The notes: generated from the sequence alone by a model not told the origin. Positions 10,724-25,119 are shown, numbered from the stretch's first letter. The stretch is 64,000 nt of DNA from Paraspadella gotoi (GCA_051294375.1 CM119268.1:16435074-16499073), one strand, 5' to 3'. Numbers and translations are program-made.

Positions 10724-12606
10724 GAGAATCGAGGCCTTTTTTTCCAAAACACGAGAATTCGAACTTACTCTTCCCAGCGCGGCGTCCACACGGAGCTCCT
10801 TATCATCTCTAACCCCTTCCTCTTACCCGGGTAAGTCTTTTTTTTCTGACCGAACCTATAATCAATGAATTCGGCCCTGAAATATCGTCGTAATGCCGAT
10901 GATTTTAAATTATCGTAATAAGACTTTTAACTTCTTAAACAGGGTCCACTTCGAAAGACGACAACGACAACTCGTTCAACGCAAAGTCTCCATCTCTGCT
11001 TCGTCCACGGATATCAGGGTGGCCGTCTCGAGTAAAAAGGGGGCCAAGAGTGTCCATAAATTTTTTTTTTTTTTTATGATCTATAAAACCTATAAAAAAA
11101 AACTTTTACCCATAATTTTATAAGAATTTAATAACCATTTATCAAACGTGCGGGCAATTCAGCAAAAATCGAGTAATTGTGGTTAGTAAAATACAAGAAA
11201 CAAAAACTAATAAGAAAAATTTGCTGGAAATGCTTCTTTTGTAAGGAATCAATCATTAATTTTCTTTTTTTTTTTTTTAGTGAACTACTTTTATACTATA
11301 ATAAACTGTCAACGAAATTCCACAGAAAAAAGATCGGTACTTACAGTTGCTTTCAAGGCTACGACAGTTGCAGAGACAACTTGTTTTACACGAACAAAGG
11401 AGAAATTATTATCACATCGCGGGTGAGTGCCTAATACTCGTTTTTTTATTATCTTTTATTATGAAAATTAATAAATCTTTCAATTTTTAGGAATCGCCGT
11501 TTTGTACACGAGATCAACTCACTCCCAACGATTCTACTTTGGTCACTCGGAAGACATACTCTCACTGACTCTACACCCTCAGGTTTTTAAAGAGTAGTTA
11601 TAAGTTTTTAAAATAGTCTAAGTACTTTAATGCAACTGTTAATAATACCATTTCTTTTTTATTTCCAGGGAGAAATAGCTGCGACGGGCGACGTCGGGAA
11701 GAAACCGACCATCAAAGTTTGGAGCCTTTATCCGAGGCACGCGTTGGTCAATTGTCATCTGTCTTCTAATTGTGTAGTTATTGTATTGTTATTGTTATTC
11801 ATCGAAAAGAGAAAAGAAAGAGCTTAGCAACAATATTTGAAGTAATGGGCTGAAATCTTAATAGTTGTGACTAAGATTCTTTTGATGAAGTTAAATGTTA
11901 TGTTTGGTTAAACTACTTTTGACTTAGCCACCCCTTCCTCAGATCCGCACTTGACGACCCTTTCCGGGATCCACGAACGTGGCGTCTGTTGCGTCGATTT
12001 TTCGGGTGATGGGAGATTCTTGGCGTCAGTGGAGTGGATGACTTTCATACCCTCATCGTCTGGGATTCGGGAAAAGGCACGTGACAACCGATTTAGCCAA
12101 TGCCGATCTTCTGACGCATTTCCGTGTAACCATTTCTATTATTATCCCAGGGCGAGCCGCTCTCTTCGAGTCATGTCACGTCAACAAAGTTTTCGGTTTG
12201 AAATTTAATCCTCACGACTCCACGAATTTGGTGAGATTTTATATAACAATATAACAATATATTAAATGAGACAACGAATTTATTTTTATTATCATAAAAA
12301 AAGAACAAGTTTTGGCTATAATGTTAGCCTTCATCAGCGAAACGAAAAGAAAGAATCAAAAAGAACAATGTATCGCATTAGGCATTGTGTTTAAGACAAA
12401 AACTTTAAGTAGATAAGCAGATAATAGATTCATTTATTATTATTACTTATCCATTATTTTTTTCTAATTTTTCCACTTGACTTTCCAGGTGACGATCGGT
12501 CAAAAGTTGGTCAAATTCTGGCGAAGAGACGAGCGGCGTCTCTCGGACGGAGGGGGGCGTTGGGTCGCTAAGCAACGCGTGGGAGGATATGAATGCCTCG
12601 CTTTTG
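10724..12606 (+). pseudogene. Truncated duplicate of the 5' half of the EML gene (probably an assembly or haplotype duplicate)
   Basis: Same exons as 19947-21826 with more frameshifting indels; ends at the duplication junction. Confidence 0.6.
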
Positions 12607-12636
12607 GTAAGGACGTTCCACAAGAAGATGCAGTGG

Positions 12637-13179
12637 CGAGTAAAGCCATCAGCTCATGACCACTCGGTACTTAGTTCAATCCCAACCTGGTACCTGACCT
12701 GTGGGAAGCATGAGGACGGCCCTAAACAGCGTTGGAGGCCTGGAAATCTCTCTAGTCTGGTTCCAACCTCCATGGCTGCTCAGGGGGCATAGAAGCCTAC
12801 TTAGCGCCTTATTCACACTGGTGAGCCTATCCTGTCGAGCGTATTCCAACCTTCTGATTCGAGGCCCCTACTCTAGCTGAAGATTGCTTCCCTCCCTCCA
12901 CTGGAAGCAGTGCAGGGGGGCATGTATTTGGGCATTGCATAAGTTCACCCTGCCTAGAAGCATGACACCTTCAGGCGTGACTAGGTGGCGAAGTGAGTAA
13001 AGCAATCAGCTCATGATCACTAATACCCGGTACCTACCCTGTGGAAAATGTGAGGTCGGCTGTAAACCGCCTTGGGGGCTTGGAAAACACTCATGCCTGG
13101 TTCCAAGCCCAGTACCCGTGCTGAGGGGGCATAAAAGTTACGGATAGTAGTCTTCAGCCCACTTACCGCCTTATCCACA
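12637..13179 (+). mobile_element. TRIM family B, second copy, 5'-truncated by the duplication junction
   Basis: Matches 2978-3517 including PBS, PPT, LTR2 and right TSD ATCC. Confidence 0.85.
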
Positions 13180-13374
13180 ATCCGAGCAAAAGTTTTCCTG
13201 ACAAATGTTAGTTTAATTTTGATTAAAAATTTAATTAAACCATCGGATAGCATCTGTCCTTCACGTATTATGTTTTACAAAATTTTAACACTTTAAAAAT
13301 AACTGGACCGGCGCGATCGAATAATACATATCTCTCTCTCTATCTCTCTCATACAATCTCCCCCTCTGTCATAC

Positions 13375-13519
13375 CAACGAACGTCGCGGATGACGACGTA
13401 TGACCAGCGTCCTCGGGCGCCCAGAGTCCCGCGTGCACCGGTATCAAAGTTGCGGCTTCGCTGTTCGGTTGAAGCGGAATTTTTTCGACGGCGTCGTCGA
13501 AAGCGGCGTCGCGTTCCAT
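13375..13519 (-). CDS. SLC28: Duplicate of SLC28 exon 1 (frame-intact version)
   Basis: MERDAAFDDAVEKIPLQPNSEAATLIPVHAGLWAPEDAGHTSSSATFV followed by GTATGA donor; phase fits the exon at 2862. Confidence 0.6.
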
Positions 13520-13570
13520 CTTTGGAGTCGCTCGTCTAACTTTCAGGTCGGCGCTCGGAAAAGCAAATTA

Positions 13571-13658
<88 letters not shown>

Positions 13659-15788
13659 GTCGCCTTGCTTTTCGGAACTTCTGATGCGGTGCGAGATCTG
13701 ATACCAGTTATTTTTTAAAACAAAAATTTTAAATCTTGGAAAAAAAAGTAAACCAACGTCGAAACACTTTCTTACCTTCTAATCAAAGAAAGGTAGTGCA
13801 TCATATAATAATAATTATGTTTTTATTATATCAAGGAGTATCATAAGAAAATCTCATGCAATATCAGTTTTCAAAAAATAGTTCTTTAGGGTTTCCCTTT
13901 TTTCGGACGCACTTTGTCGATGCAATTCCTTATTTTTATTGTAATATCTTAAAGTAATTGTTATTGTTATTGTTATTGTTATTGTTATTGTAATATCTTA
14001 AAGTATACNNNNNNNNNNTGCAAATTTTCATTAGTCATCAACTGGATTAAATTAAAATTTGTTCTAATAACGTTTTACTGTATCTGAGTATTTAAAAATT
14101 AACTAAGATTCCATTTGGAAACATGCGGAAACATGACCATTAGGCCGGAACAGGTTGAAAACTAGAAGTTCTTTTAAATAGATAATGCTCAAGTGACTGT
14201 TAGAGAATAGGAAAATGAAAATAATTTTTAAAATTTGTCTTTTTGATAAGCGCACGGAAGCATTTAAAAATTATTTTATTACTATATAAATTTTAAATTT
14301 TTTAAAAAATTTTTAATTTTTTTATTATTATTATTATTATTATTTTTATTATTTTTTTTATTAATTATTTTATTACTATATAAATTTTAAATTTGTTTTT
14401 AATTTTTTAATTTTTTTAATAGATTCTGATAGAGCTTAAAAGTTAGTTAAAGGTTATTATTACATTTACAACTTTTGAAAATTGTTTTGTTTTATAGATA
14501 AAAATTTTAAAAAAACATAAAATTCAGCCAATAATGATGATAAAGATGATTTTTTAAGGTTTTTTTCTATTTTTAACCATTTTATTATAAAAATTTTAAA
14601 AAAACATAGTACTAATTTTTATTTAACTTTTCATGCTTTATAGAAATCCGTTCTTGAAAGAGAAAATTTTTTCAAAATTTTTTGTCATTTGTTATATATT
14701 AAAAAATATTTAAAAGCTTCAGTGCAACAACTCTCAGAACTAATTCAAAAAGTTGAATTGAAAATCGATTTTGTAATAAGAGAAGGAAAAAAGAATTCTT
14801 TTTGAGAGAACTAGAATTTATAAAAAGTGTTCAATTTTGGCCCGCATTAATGACCATTCTAATTAAATTTGATGATTGAGTTTACAACGCACTTGATTTA
14901 TTCGGGAGATCTTCCGCAACCTTCCACTTGATGAGTAAATGTCAAAAATTCAAAATGATTTTCGAAAATATTTTTTATATATATTTGATAATATCTATTT
15001 ATGAAGCAAATTTTGTTTTTAAGGAAAATTTTCAACTGATTGCCCAAGCTTAATTCTCCACCACAGCAAGGATTAAAAGTAAGATTTAGTTGTGTTTTTT
15101 TTTTTATTTATAAATATAAAATATTATAAAGAATCGAGCAAAGATAGGGGAATGGATCGGATCAGTCAAATCATATGGCTATTAGCCAAGGATCAAGCGA
15201 AGGATTCGGCGATGGAACTAACTTTTGAAATAAAAGGCCTTTAAAAGTCAATCTAAATTGTTATTGAAAAAAAACAACTTTTTATTGTGCACTATCATTT
15301 ATGATTTTACTGAATCTCTATTCTGATACCTCCTTACTCATAAATTTATAAGAATATCAAAACCTTTTTCATTAAAAGTTAATTCATTAATAAAACTTAG
15401 TAATTGAACCGACGTAAGTATTTTAAACTTACTCGCTTAACTGATTAAATCAGATTTAGTGTTACCGCATTTGAGAGGCAAAAAGAATAAGGTAACCTAA
15501 AAAAAATATTCTTTGCGTTTGTTTCATCTTTAGGAACCGTAAAAAAAAAAAGAAGAAACATTTTTGTACTTTTTGGAAGTATTAAAAAATTACAAAAAGA
15601 TCCACTCAAATTTTCAAGAATAACACGTGTTAAGCTTTCTGAATATATAATTATAATTTTTCTGATGACAGTGCGGCGAAAGCGAAGCCTTTCTGTGGAT
15701 TTTTCTATCGCGACGGAAATGAAAACTCTTTCGCGTTCGAAGAGTCGACCAAGTTTACGACACTTTATACTTTTAAAATTTCAACATT

Positions 15789-15840
<52 letters not shown>

Positions 15841-17052
15841 CAACAAAGAATTCAGTAAGAAGAAAAGACAAAGGAAAACAAAAGAATGTGAAAACTTAAA
15901 AGAAATGAAATTTGAGTGTTAAATAATAATAATAATAATAATAATAATATAAAAATCAATTACATTTTTACAAAGTATAACAATTAATGAGAATAAATTA
16001 ATTTCAATTAAACGGATGTAAAATTAATAAATTAACGAAAATAAAAAATAGTGGTGAAAGGAAATTACATTGAAGAAAAAAGTTAAAGAAAGAAGCTCAA
16101 ATTGGTTGTTCTTCCTGAACAACCTGAGCCTCACAACAACTCCCCTCTTCCAACTCAATGGACTAGAAGGAGGCCTGACACTAAGCACCCATGGTCAAAC
16201 AGACCCTCTTCATTAGTCCCAGCAACTCTGCCTGGTTCTCCTCAGACAGCGCGTCCAAAGACAGCAGGAGCAAGATGGAGAGGAGATTTCTGCTACGCCA
16301 GCAAAACAAAGCAGAATATAGGGTCTGCCTCCTCAGCAGGGGAGATGAGGACAAGTTGTAGGGAGAAAGATAGGGCAGCAGGACATCAGAGTGGCCTTGG
16401 GCTTATTACCACCGCCACTTTGCCCTCAGCCCCAATGACTTTCCCCATGACCAGCTCATCCGTACCTGACCCTCATTGGGTGCCCGATGACGGGCGAGGG
16501 GGCCAGCTCGATTCGTTCAATTGAAATTAATTTATTCTCATTAATTGTAATATATTGTAAAAATGTAATGGATTTTTATATTATTATTATTATTTAACAC
16601 TCATATTTCATTTCGCTTCACATTCTTTTGTTTTCCTTTGTCTTTTCTACTTACTTATTCCCTCTACTATTCTTTGTTGCAAACTTTCTTTTGTTCTCTC
16701 TCTCTCTCTCTCTCTCTTTCTTTCTTACTTACTCCAGAGCAAAACTGTTTACATTTAATTCACACTGATGAATGTCTGAAACTTATATATTTTCAATAAA
16801 ATTGGTTGTGAAAACAAAGAAAACTGTTCTTATATCAAATACTTTGAGGTCAAAAATACATATAAAAAAAACCCGAAAATTTATCGGTTAGTTCCTTTTA
16901 AAATTTAAAAAAAATCGTTTTTTCCATCGGCGAATTTTAAGTGAAACTTTTTCTCCCAATTCACGATTCTAGAAAAAAAGAAAAAGAAAAAAAGAAAAAT
17001 TCCAAATATTTGGCGGATTTTTTTTCATAATTTGTGGCGGTTTTTAAAGTGG

Positions 17053-17318
17053 TGAAATGACAGAGAGGAGAGAAGGTCACCATGCCTCTCTCATTTCGTA
17101 TGTCCAGTGGGAATTGGAGATGTTTTCGTCAGTTCCCTTGCTTTCCGGAACTTCGGATCCGTCGGCAGGCTTGATACCGGTGGATTAACCGGCCCGTCAC
17201 TGTTCCGACCCAGACTAGAACCCGTGACCATTGGGTTCGGAGATGAAGCATAAGCCCAGTGCGCTGAGGGAAGGAACAGTCGTATCCAACGGGTATTATA
17301 TTATATTACATCCCTACA
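17053..17318 (-). mobile_element. Solo LTR, TRIM family C, longer allele (266 bp)
   Basis: Same as 7852-8096 with an extra ~20 bp at about 17093-17114; TG...CA ends on the minus strand. Confidence 0.75.
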
Positions 17319-19392
17319 GTGAAACCAATCCGCAAGACTTATTCCTCATTTGGACTTTTTCATTATATACTCGAAACTTTAATGTTTTTTGTTGTTTTTT
17401 TTTATTAAATTTAATGTTTCTCGTGATTACGTAGAATAATCGTGAGTTAAGGAAAAAGAATGATTCATAAAATATCGGCAATTGTCACGCTTTTTAGCCT
17501 CAAAAAGTTAATCGATAACCATAAACTTTTTCAATGTTTAAAGGTATACGTGTATTTAAATAGTTTTATAATTAAATTGTAATTAAGGGCTTATAATAAA
17601 TTATAATTAATTTTACTGACCTATACATGTTCCGATATAAAGAAACGTAGGAAAACAACAAAAAAAAAAAGTTTTCTTGATTGTCGCCGATTGAGCCGAT
17701 CAACACCTTGATTAGGAGACTTAAATTATCTTTGAAATCACTTTTATCTATTTGAATCCCCTTTTTTTTAACTGATGTAGGGTCATAACCTTTACATTTA
17801 TTGAATTCGCTTTTAAAAGCAAAGGATGGTCTTAGAAATAATCACAAAAAGACATATTGAAACATCAATATCTTACCCGATTTATATAAAATGTTATGTA
17901 TAAAAAGCATGAAGCAGCATTTATTCCGCGGAACCAAGGTGAGTCTATGTCGCTATTAGAAGTTAAGAAATATTTTTTCAATGGTAATTTTCGTTCAAAC
18001 TACCAAACTTTATAAACGCCCTTGGGAAAAATTCCGTTAAAAAATAGTATTGCATCTGAAGAGCTTGAATTTTTTTCCTCATCAAATAGACTACTCCTTT
18101 ATGGAAAAATTTTCTATCTCTGATTTTATATAGAAATGAAAGGGATTTTTTTCCCTTCAAAACAATATAAAAATGATTAAGGTATGTTCTGGTTCCACAA
18201 ATGACATCAAATTGAGGCTTAGGGCTGAAAGGCTCGTAATTTTTTTTTAACTTTTATTTATTTATTTTTTATGGCAAAAATCTTCAAAAGAAGGGTTGGA
18301 TTATACAAAGATTTTTATTAATATTTTCTATTGTCATGGTCGGACTTATTTGAAACTTAACAATAGCAACATTGACATCATTCTACATTGGCCGGTATAA
18401 AAATATATTTAAAAAACCTTTGGCTTTTTTCGTTAGAGTTTAGTCCTACTTATACTTCTTGGCGATCGGAAATGACTAATGTAGACTGATATCTGTTTTC
18501 ATTGACTTTTCACTTTCCTTTCAAGTTAGCAGCGGGGCCCTCTAACCTATGAGATATCATTTTCTCTTTTTACTGAGCCGTTAAAGGGACAGAAAGGACA
18601 GAAGGGACAGCAAGGGGCCGGTTTACTAATGGCTCAACTCAATGAGATAACATAAAGGTTAAAAAGATTAGTCAGGGCGACTGATGATTAATGATAACCG
18701 AATGAATTTGAACTTTATACAAGGAAAATCTCTGGTTTCAGGGGAAAAAGTAAACAAACAATCACGGGGTTTGACTAATGGTCGGGAATTAAAAGTGACA
18801 CGATTTTTGATGTCGATTACGTGATCGTTTGAGTGACAATTTAAGGACCGGCCGAAGGATTTTACAACGACTTAACTTCGACTTCATACTTATCTCTGTT
18901 GTTCATCTTCATTTACCCGAGCGCGATACTAAATTCGCTTCAAGACCACTGACGTAACAAGATCGAGACTTTAAAATTAAAATAAAACAAAATATACGCA
19001 CATTCAAGCTAAGATATATAGGCCCATGACTGTTTGTAACCTAAAATCATATAGTTAACCCTAAAGGTAGCATTGACCTGGTCCGTGAGTGTCGCCTGGA
19101 TTAGCCATTACTTCCTCCTGATACTATAAAAAAACTAAAAAAATACAAAACCCCCCAAAAAATTTGTAAGATTTTTTAAGAATGCGCTATAAAGAAATTT
19201 AAAGAATCTTTTTAATGTAAAAATGAAATATGTGTTTTACCTACAACACTTTTAGTCAAACGTTAAACAGAAAAAGGATTTTTTTTCGTGAAAAAAAATA
19301 CCCCTTTTTGTTTAGCGTACAAGCAACGATAATAAGGAATCATACAAGTTGGTCAAACGATGAAAATTCGCCAAACTTCATGAAGGATGCCA

Positions 19393-19464
<72 letters not shown>

Positions 19465-19946
19465 GGGAAGGTGGGAATATCCAAACGACACGAAATACCA
19501 AAGGCTCATCCTCGACTAAATGAAAGTAGACCGTTAGGGTCGTTATCGTCGTCGTCTTCGTCGTCGTCATCGTCGTTGTACCATTTGTTGTTTCAGCACG
19601 CTGTTTTTGGGAGAGGCCTCTACCATGGAAAATTAGCGCACAAGTCGCCGTTTCGCTAATAAAACGATTAAAATTGATAAAATTAACATAACTTAACTCA
19701 CCAAACCCTATTAAAAATATGAGATTATTATTCAAATGTCTGAGAAATCTAACCATCGAGATTCAGCGAACGTTCATAAACTCGTCAGGCTTCCTTCAGG
19801 TAAATTCAAATAATTTATATTCTAATTCGAGGCTGCAATGTGGAACTGTGATATCTTCAATCTTCACCCAGTAAAGGCAGTGGCATAAAAAAAATTGATA
19901 TTTTTCGCATTTGTTATCCTCTTTTACTCTACCTTCTTTCCCATCA

Positions 19947-22900
19947 GGAGAATCGAGGCCTTTTTTTCCAAAACACGAGAATTCGAACTTACCTCTTCCC
20001 AGCGCGGCGTCCACACGGAGCTCCTTATCATCTCTAACCCCTTCCTCTTACCCGGGTAAGTCTTTTTTTTCTGACCGAACCTATAATCAATGAATTCGGC
20101 CCTGAAATATCGTCGTAATGCCGATGATTTTAAATTATCGTAATAAGACTTTTAACTTCTTAAACAGGGTCCACTTCGAAAGACGACAACGACAACTCGT
20201 TCAACGCAAGTCTCCATCTCTGCTTCGTCCACGGATATCAGGGTGGCCCGTCTCGAGTAAAAAGGGGGCCAAGAGTGTCCATAATTTTTTTTTTATGAAT
20301 CTATAAACCTATAAAAAAAAACTTTTACCCATAATTTTATAAGAATTTAATAACCATTTATCAAACGTGCGGGCAATTCAGCAAAAATCGAGTAATTGTG
20401 GTTAGTAAAATACAAGAAACAAAAACTAATAAGAAAAATTGCTGGAAATGCTTCTTTTGTAAGAATCAATCATTAATTTTCTTTTTTTTTTTTTAGTGAA
20501 ACTACTTTTATACTATAATAACTGTCAACGAAATTCCACAGAAAAAAGATCGGTACTACAGTTGCTTTCAAGGCTACGACAGTTGCAGAGACAACTTGTT
20601 TTACACGAACAAAGGAGAAATTATTTATCACATCGCGGGTGAGTGCCTAATACTCGTTTTTTTATTATCTTTTATTATGATAATTAATAAATCTTTCAAT
20701 TTTTAGGAATCGCCGTTTTGTACACGAGATCAACTCACTCCCAACGATTCTACTTTGGTCACTCGGAAGACATACTCTCACTGACTCTACACCCCTCAGG
20801 TTTTTAAAGAGTAGTTATAAGTTTTAAAATAGTCTAAGTGCTTTAATGCAACTGTTAATAATACCATTTCTTTTTTATTTCCAGGAGAAATAGCTGCGAC
20901 GGGCGACGTCGGGAAGAAACCGACCATCAAAGTTTGGAGCCTTTATCCCGAGGCACGCGTTGGTCAATTGTCATCTGTCTTCTAATTGTTGTTATTGTAT
21001 TGTTATTGTTATTCATAGAAAAGAGAAAAGAAAGAGCTTAGCAACAATATTTGAAGTAATGTGGCTGAAATCTTAATAGTTTTGACTATGATTCTTTTGA
21101 TGAAGTTAAATGTTATGTTTGGTTAAACTACTTTGACTTTAGCCACCCCTTCCTCAGATCCGCACCTTGACGACCCTTTCCGGGATCCACGAACGTGGCG
21201 TCTGTTGCGTCGATTTTTCGGGTGATGGGAGATTCTTGGCGTCAGTGGGAGTGGATGACTTTCATACCCTCATCGTCTGGGATTGGGAAAAGGCACGTGA
21301 CAACCGATTTAGCCAATGCCGATCTTCTGACGCATTTCCGTGTAACCATTTCTATTATTATCCCAGGGCGAGCCGCTCTCTTCGAGTCGATGTCACGTCA
21401 ACAAAGTTTTCGGTTTGAAATTTAATCCTCACGACTCCACGAATTTGGTGAGATTTTATATAACAATATAACAATATATTAAATGAGACAACGAATTTAT
21501 TTTTATTATCATAAAAAAAGAACAAGTTTTGGCTATAATGTTAGCCTTCATCAGCGAAACGAAAAGAAAGAATCAAAAAGAACAATGTATCGCATTAGGC
21601 ATTGTGTTAAGACAAAACTTTAAGTAGATAAGCAGATAAATAGATTCATTTATTATTATTACTTATCCATTATTTTTTTCTAATTTTTCCACTTGACTTT
21701 CCAAGGTGACGATCGGTCAAAAGTTGGTCAAATTCTGGCGAAGAGACGAGCGGCGTCTCTCGGGACGGAGGGGGGCGTTGGGGTCGCTAAGCAACGCGTG
21801 GGAGGATATGGAATGCCTCGCTTTTGGTAAGGACGTTCCACAAGAAGATGCAGTGGCCAATTAAAAAAAAAACGGATACCTTCAGGCCGCAACGCTAAGA
21901 TCTGCTACACGGGATCGTCGAGCGGTTCCGTTTATGTTTGGAATGGAACTTCGCTGCATAAGAGGATACAAGGAGTTCATAAAGGACCTTGTTTTGCTTT
22001 AGGTTGGAAAGATTTGAGATAAAAATGTTTTTATGAAATTGGTACAATCAATATAAAAATTATCCATTCATTTAATAAATAAGTTATCTTGCCCCTGACT
22101 TTGGACAGGCTTTGGTGGTTTAAGGCCTCCATCATAATATAAGATAATATAAGATAATGACATAGCAGGTCCCTGCAAGCTTTCAATCTAGACTCTCTCA
22201 CAGTCTCGTTTATTCACTCTCTGCGGCAGTCATTTATCTTCATCATCGTTATATTGTACTCTTGATTATCTTCTTCTTCATTGTCATCATCATTATTTTC
22301 GTCCTAATCGCACGTGATCTTCATTATATAACTAGTTTTAATCACTATTATTATTGTCGCTATCGTCATCGTCATCGATTCAGATTGACCGTCAACACAA
22401 TTATTATTATTATTATCATCGTCATCATCATCGCCGCCATTTTTTCTTTTCCTCTCTTCAGACTTCGACGACGACGTTGTGGTCACAGGCGGCGCCGACG
22501 GCGTCGTCGCCTTTTGGGACGAGACGTTGACGAAAGCTTTCAAAGTCGCGCGACTCAACAACGAAAATATCACTCCGGGTTTGATTGGAAAGCTGGGAAT
22601 CGAATAAACTGAATCAATTTCATCTAATAAATCAATCAACCAAATTTAGTCTGTCTGAACTATCTGCGTATTGTAATTCAAAAGAAACAACAACGACAAC
22701 GACTTTACTCTCTTGACTTCAGACTCCCACGGATTTCTCTCCTTCGAACTTCCGCCGGTCAACGCCCTCGACATCCGGGGAGGCAGGTGCACCTTGATTG
22801 GCACCAAGAACGGGGAGGTGCTGGAGATGACGAGTCAGGGCATCCGGGTTTTAGTGCAGGTGGAAGAAATCTGGACCGGGGGGCGGGGGGAAGAAATATG

Positions 22901-24676
22901 CCATCGAACTGACCTTCCGCCCAAACAGGGTCACAACGACGGAGAATTGTGGGGTTTAGCGACGCACCCATCGGCGCCGATCTTCGCCACGGCGGGCGAA
23001 GACAAGACTCTGAGGATTTGGGACGAGAGAAGCAACGAGATGACGAGATTTAAGCGACTTGAGAGTCGAGGTAAGTTAGGTTCTTTGCGAGGGTGAGGAC
23101 GGCAAAGAGTGGGATGCTTTAATTCGATGTCGAAATTCTAACGTGAAATGTCTAACTACTACTATTATTTTGAAACCTATCATTTCTCCGTCGATGCTCC
23201 GATGCCGCAGCGAGATGCTGCGACTTTTTTCCCGACGGATCCGCCGTGGTCGTCGGCTGCGTCGACGGCCTCGTCCGCATCATCGATGCAGAGACGATGG
23301 AGGAGATCAACGCCTTCAGAGATCGAAGAAGCGTCATCTCGGATGTGAGATTCTCGCCTGGTGAGAGAAGAGATGGTTTGAGGAGAGGGAGGGAGATAGA
23401 AAGAGAGAGAGAGAAAGAGATAGAAAGAGAGAGAGAGAATAAGGAAGAAAGTAACAAAAAAAAAGATTAAAGGAAACAAAAATTCTAGGATGAATAAATG
23501 AAATGAACGAAAGAAAGAAAGAAAAAATCCAAGTGTTAACCATCTATTTAACCAACTATTTAACTATCCAATTACCTCCTTCACCCAGACGGATCCCAAC
23601 TCGCCGTCGCGTCTCACGAAGCGACGGTCGACGTTTATTGCGTCTTTTCCTCACAACGAATCTGCGTTTGCGACGACGCGTCGGGCGCCGTGCGCCATCT
23701 GGATTGGGACTTGAGGGGGGAGGTAAGGAAAAGGGGCGTGGTAAGTAACGCGGGAGGTAAAGACATACGGAGTGAAGATGGAATTGTATAATTTAACAAA
23801 ACGGAATGACTCTCTTAATCATTAGAAGTACAATGTTTATTGTATTTATTACTAATATGCCCCCAGATGCTTCACGTCGAGACGGCCGCGCGCGAAGAAC
23901 TCATCTACGAAACTCGCACGGGTCGTCGGTGCGTCGTCGGCCGCTGGGTGAGAGATAGATATGACCATACGTACAGATAGAAGGCGAGACTGACATACAG
24001 ACGAAGAGAAAGAGAAAAGAAACAGAAATATTGACATACAAGCAAACAGATACACCGACGAACCGATATTCAGACAGACAGAGATCTATTGTTTTCGTTG
24101 CCTTTCCAGGATCTTCCCCGCCTCTCGTGGGCGACGATGACGGGCATCCTTGGGGCCGATATGACGGGCGTCCGTCCGCTGGGCACCAATTTGACGGGCG
24201 TCCTCGCGGCCGACAGAAGTCGGTCTGGAGGCCTCGCCGCGTCGGCCGACGACGAAGGGAGGGTCACTTTGTACAGGTCAAGAAAACAAAAGGGGAGAAA
24301 CCTGGGATGATGGGATTTCAAAAATTGCCAGTTTTTTACGTGGATATGTATTGGCAAGATTACGCGATCTGTGATTTGTGTTTCTCACCCAGATATCCGG
24401 TGAAAAGTCGCAAAACACCTCACCATCATTATCACGGCCACAGTTCTCACGTGACGAACGTGAGATGGAGTCACGACGACGCTTTTTTGGTAACAATTGA
24501 TGTTTTAAATGATGGTGGACTGTGTTTGATCAAACTTTGATATAATCGTGACTTTTATTTGAATTAAGGTCAGCGTCGGAGGGCGGGACACATCCGTTTT
24601 TGTTTGGATTGAGACGCTAGAGTTATTTCTCCAAGTCACCAAATTTTTAAAACCGAGAAAAAGCAATTTTTTTTAA
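19947..24676 (+). CDS. EML: Echinoderm microtubule-associated protein-like (EML/EMAP) HELP + WD40 protein, multi-exon; start codon not located
   Basis: Exons encode FQGYDSCRDNLFYTNKGEIIYHIA (HELP), SQRFYFGHSEDILSLTLHP, GIHERGVCCVDFSGDGRFLASVGVDDFHTLIVWDWEK, QGHNDGELWGLATHP, LAVASHE, YHGHSSHVTNVRWSHDD, VSVGGRDTSVFVW; these resemble an EML5/6-type TAPE domain. Confidence 0.92.
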
Positions 24677-25119
24677 ACTCAGGAATCGCAACACTGCCAA
24701 ACTTTGTTTCTCAAGAAAGTGATCTTTATAATTTATCGATGTGTTTTACCGCAGTCAATATATACATTCTTGAACTTTTGTCCGTTTTGATAATTAATTC
24801 AATTTGCATACATTTAGCAAAAGTTTCATTTTTAAGCCAAATAAACTAAGACATCCAAAAAATGAATGCTGACTTCGAAAATAACCTAAGAAAAAAAATT
24901 TGGAAAATTAATAATTTTTAATTGAATGTTAATTTCGCTATGAGCTACAAATTAAAGAAAATACAAAGAGAAAGAGAAAGAAAACCAAAGGCTGCGCCTA
25001 TTCAAGTGAATCGCTAAAAGATGTTAATAAATTTTATTGTTGTTGCTTTAAAAAAAAAAAACGTTGGAAAATTCGTTTAAATTGCGACAGCGATTCACAA
25101 CTGAATTTTACTTTCTCTT

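Larger units (their letters stand above)
2976..21857. repeat. Large tandem duplication: about 2976-12636 repeated at about 12637-21857 (probably two haplotypes assembled in tandem)
   Basis: Colinear near-identity over more than 9 kb. The junction at about 12630-12640 joins EML intron sequence (gaagatgcagtggc) to the inside of the TRIM-B LTR (gagtaaagc). Confidence 0.93.

Noticed and set aside
13084-13131. Twister-ribozyme-like string (CTGG TTCCAAGC CCAG ... GAGGG) in TRIM-B LTR2
   Set aside because: No UAA cleavage loop or consistent P1/P2; TTCCAAGCCC is better explained by pairing with upstream GGGCTTGGAA; the motif is not kept in LTR1. An Infernal search would settle it.
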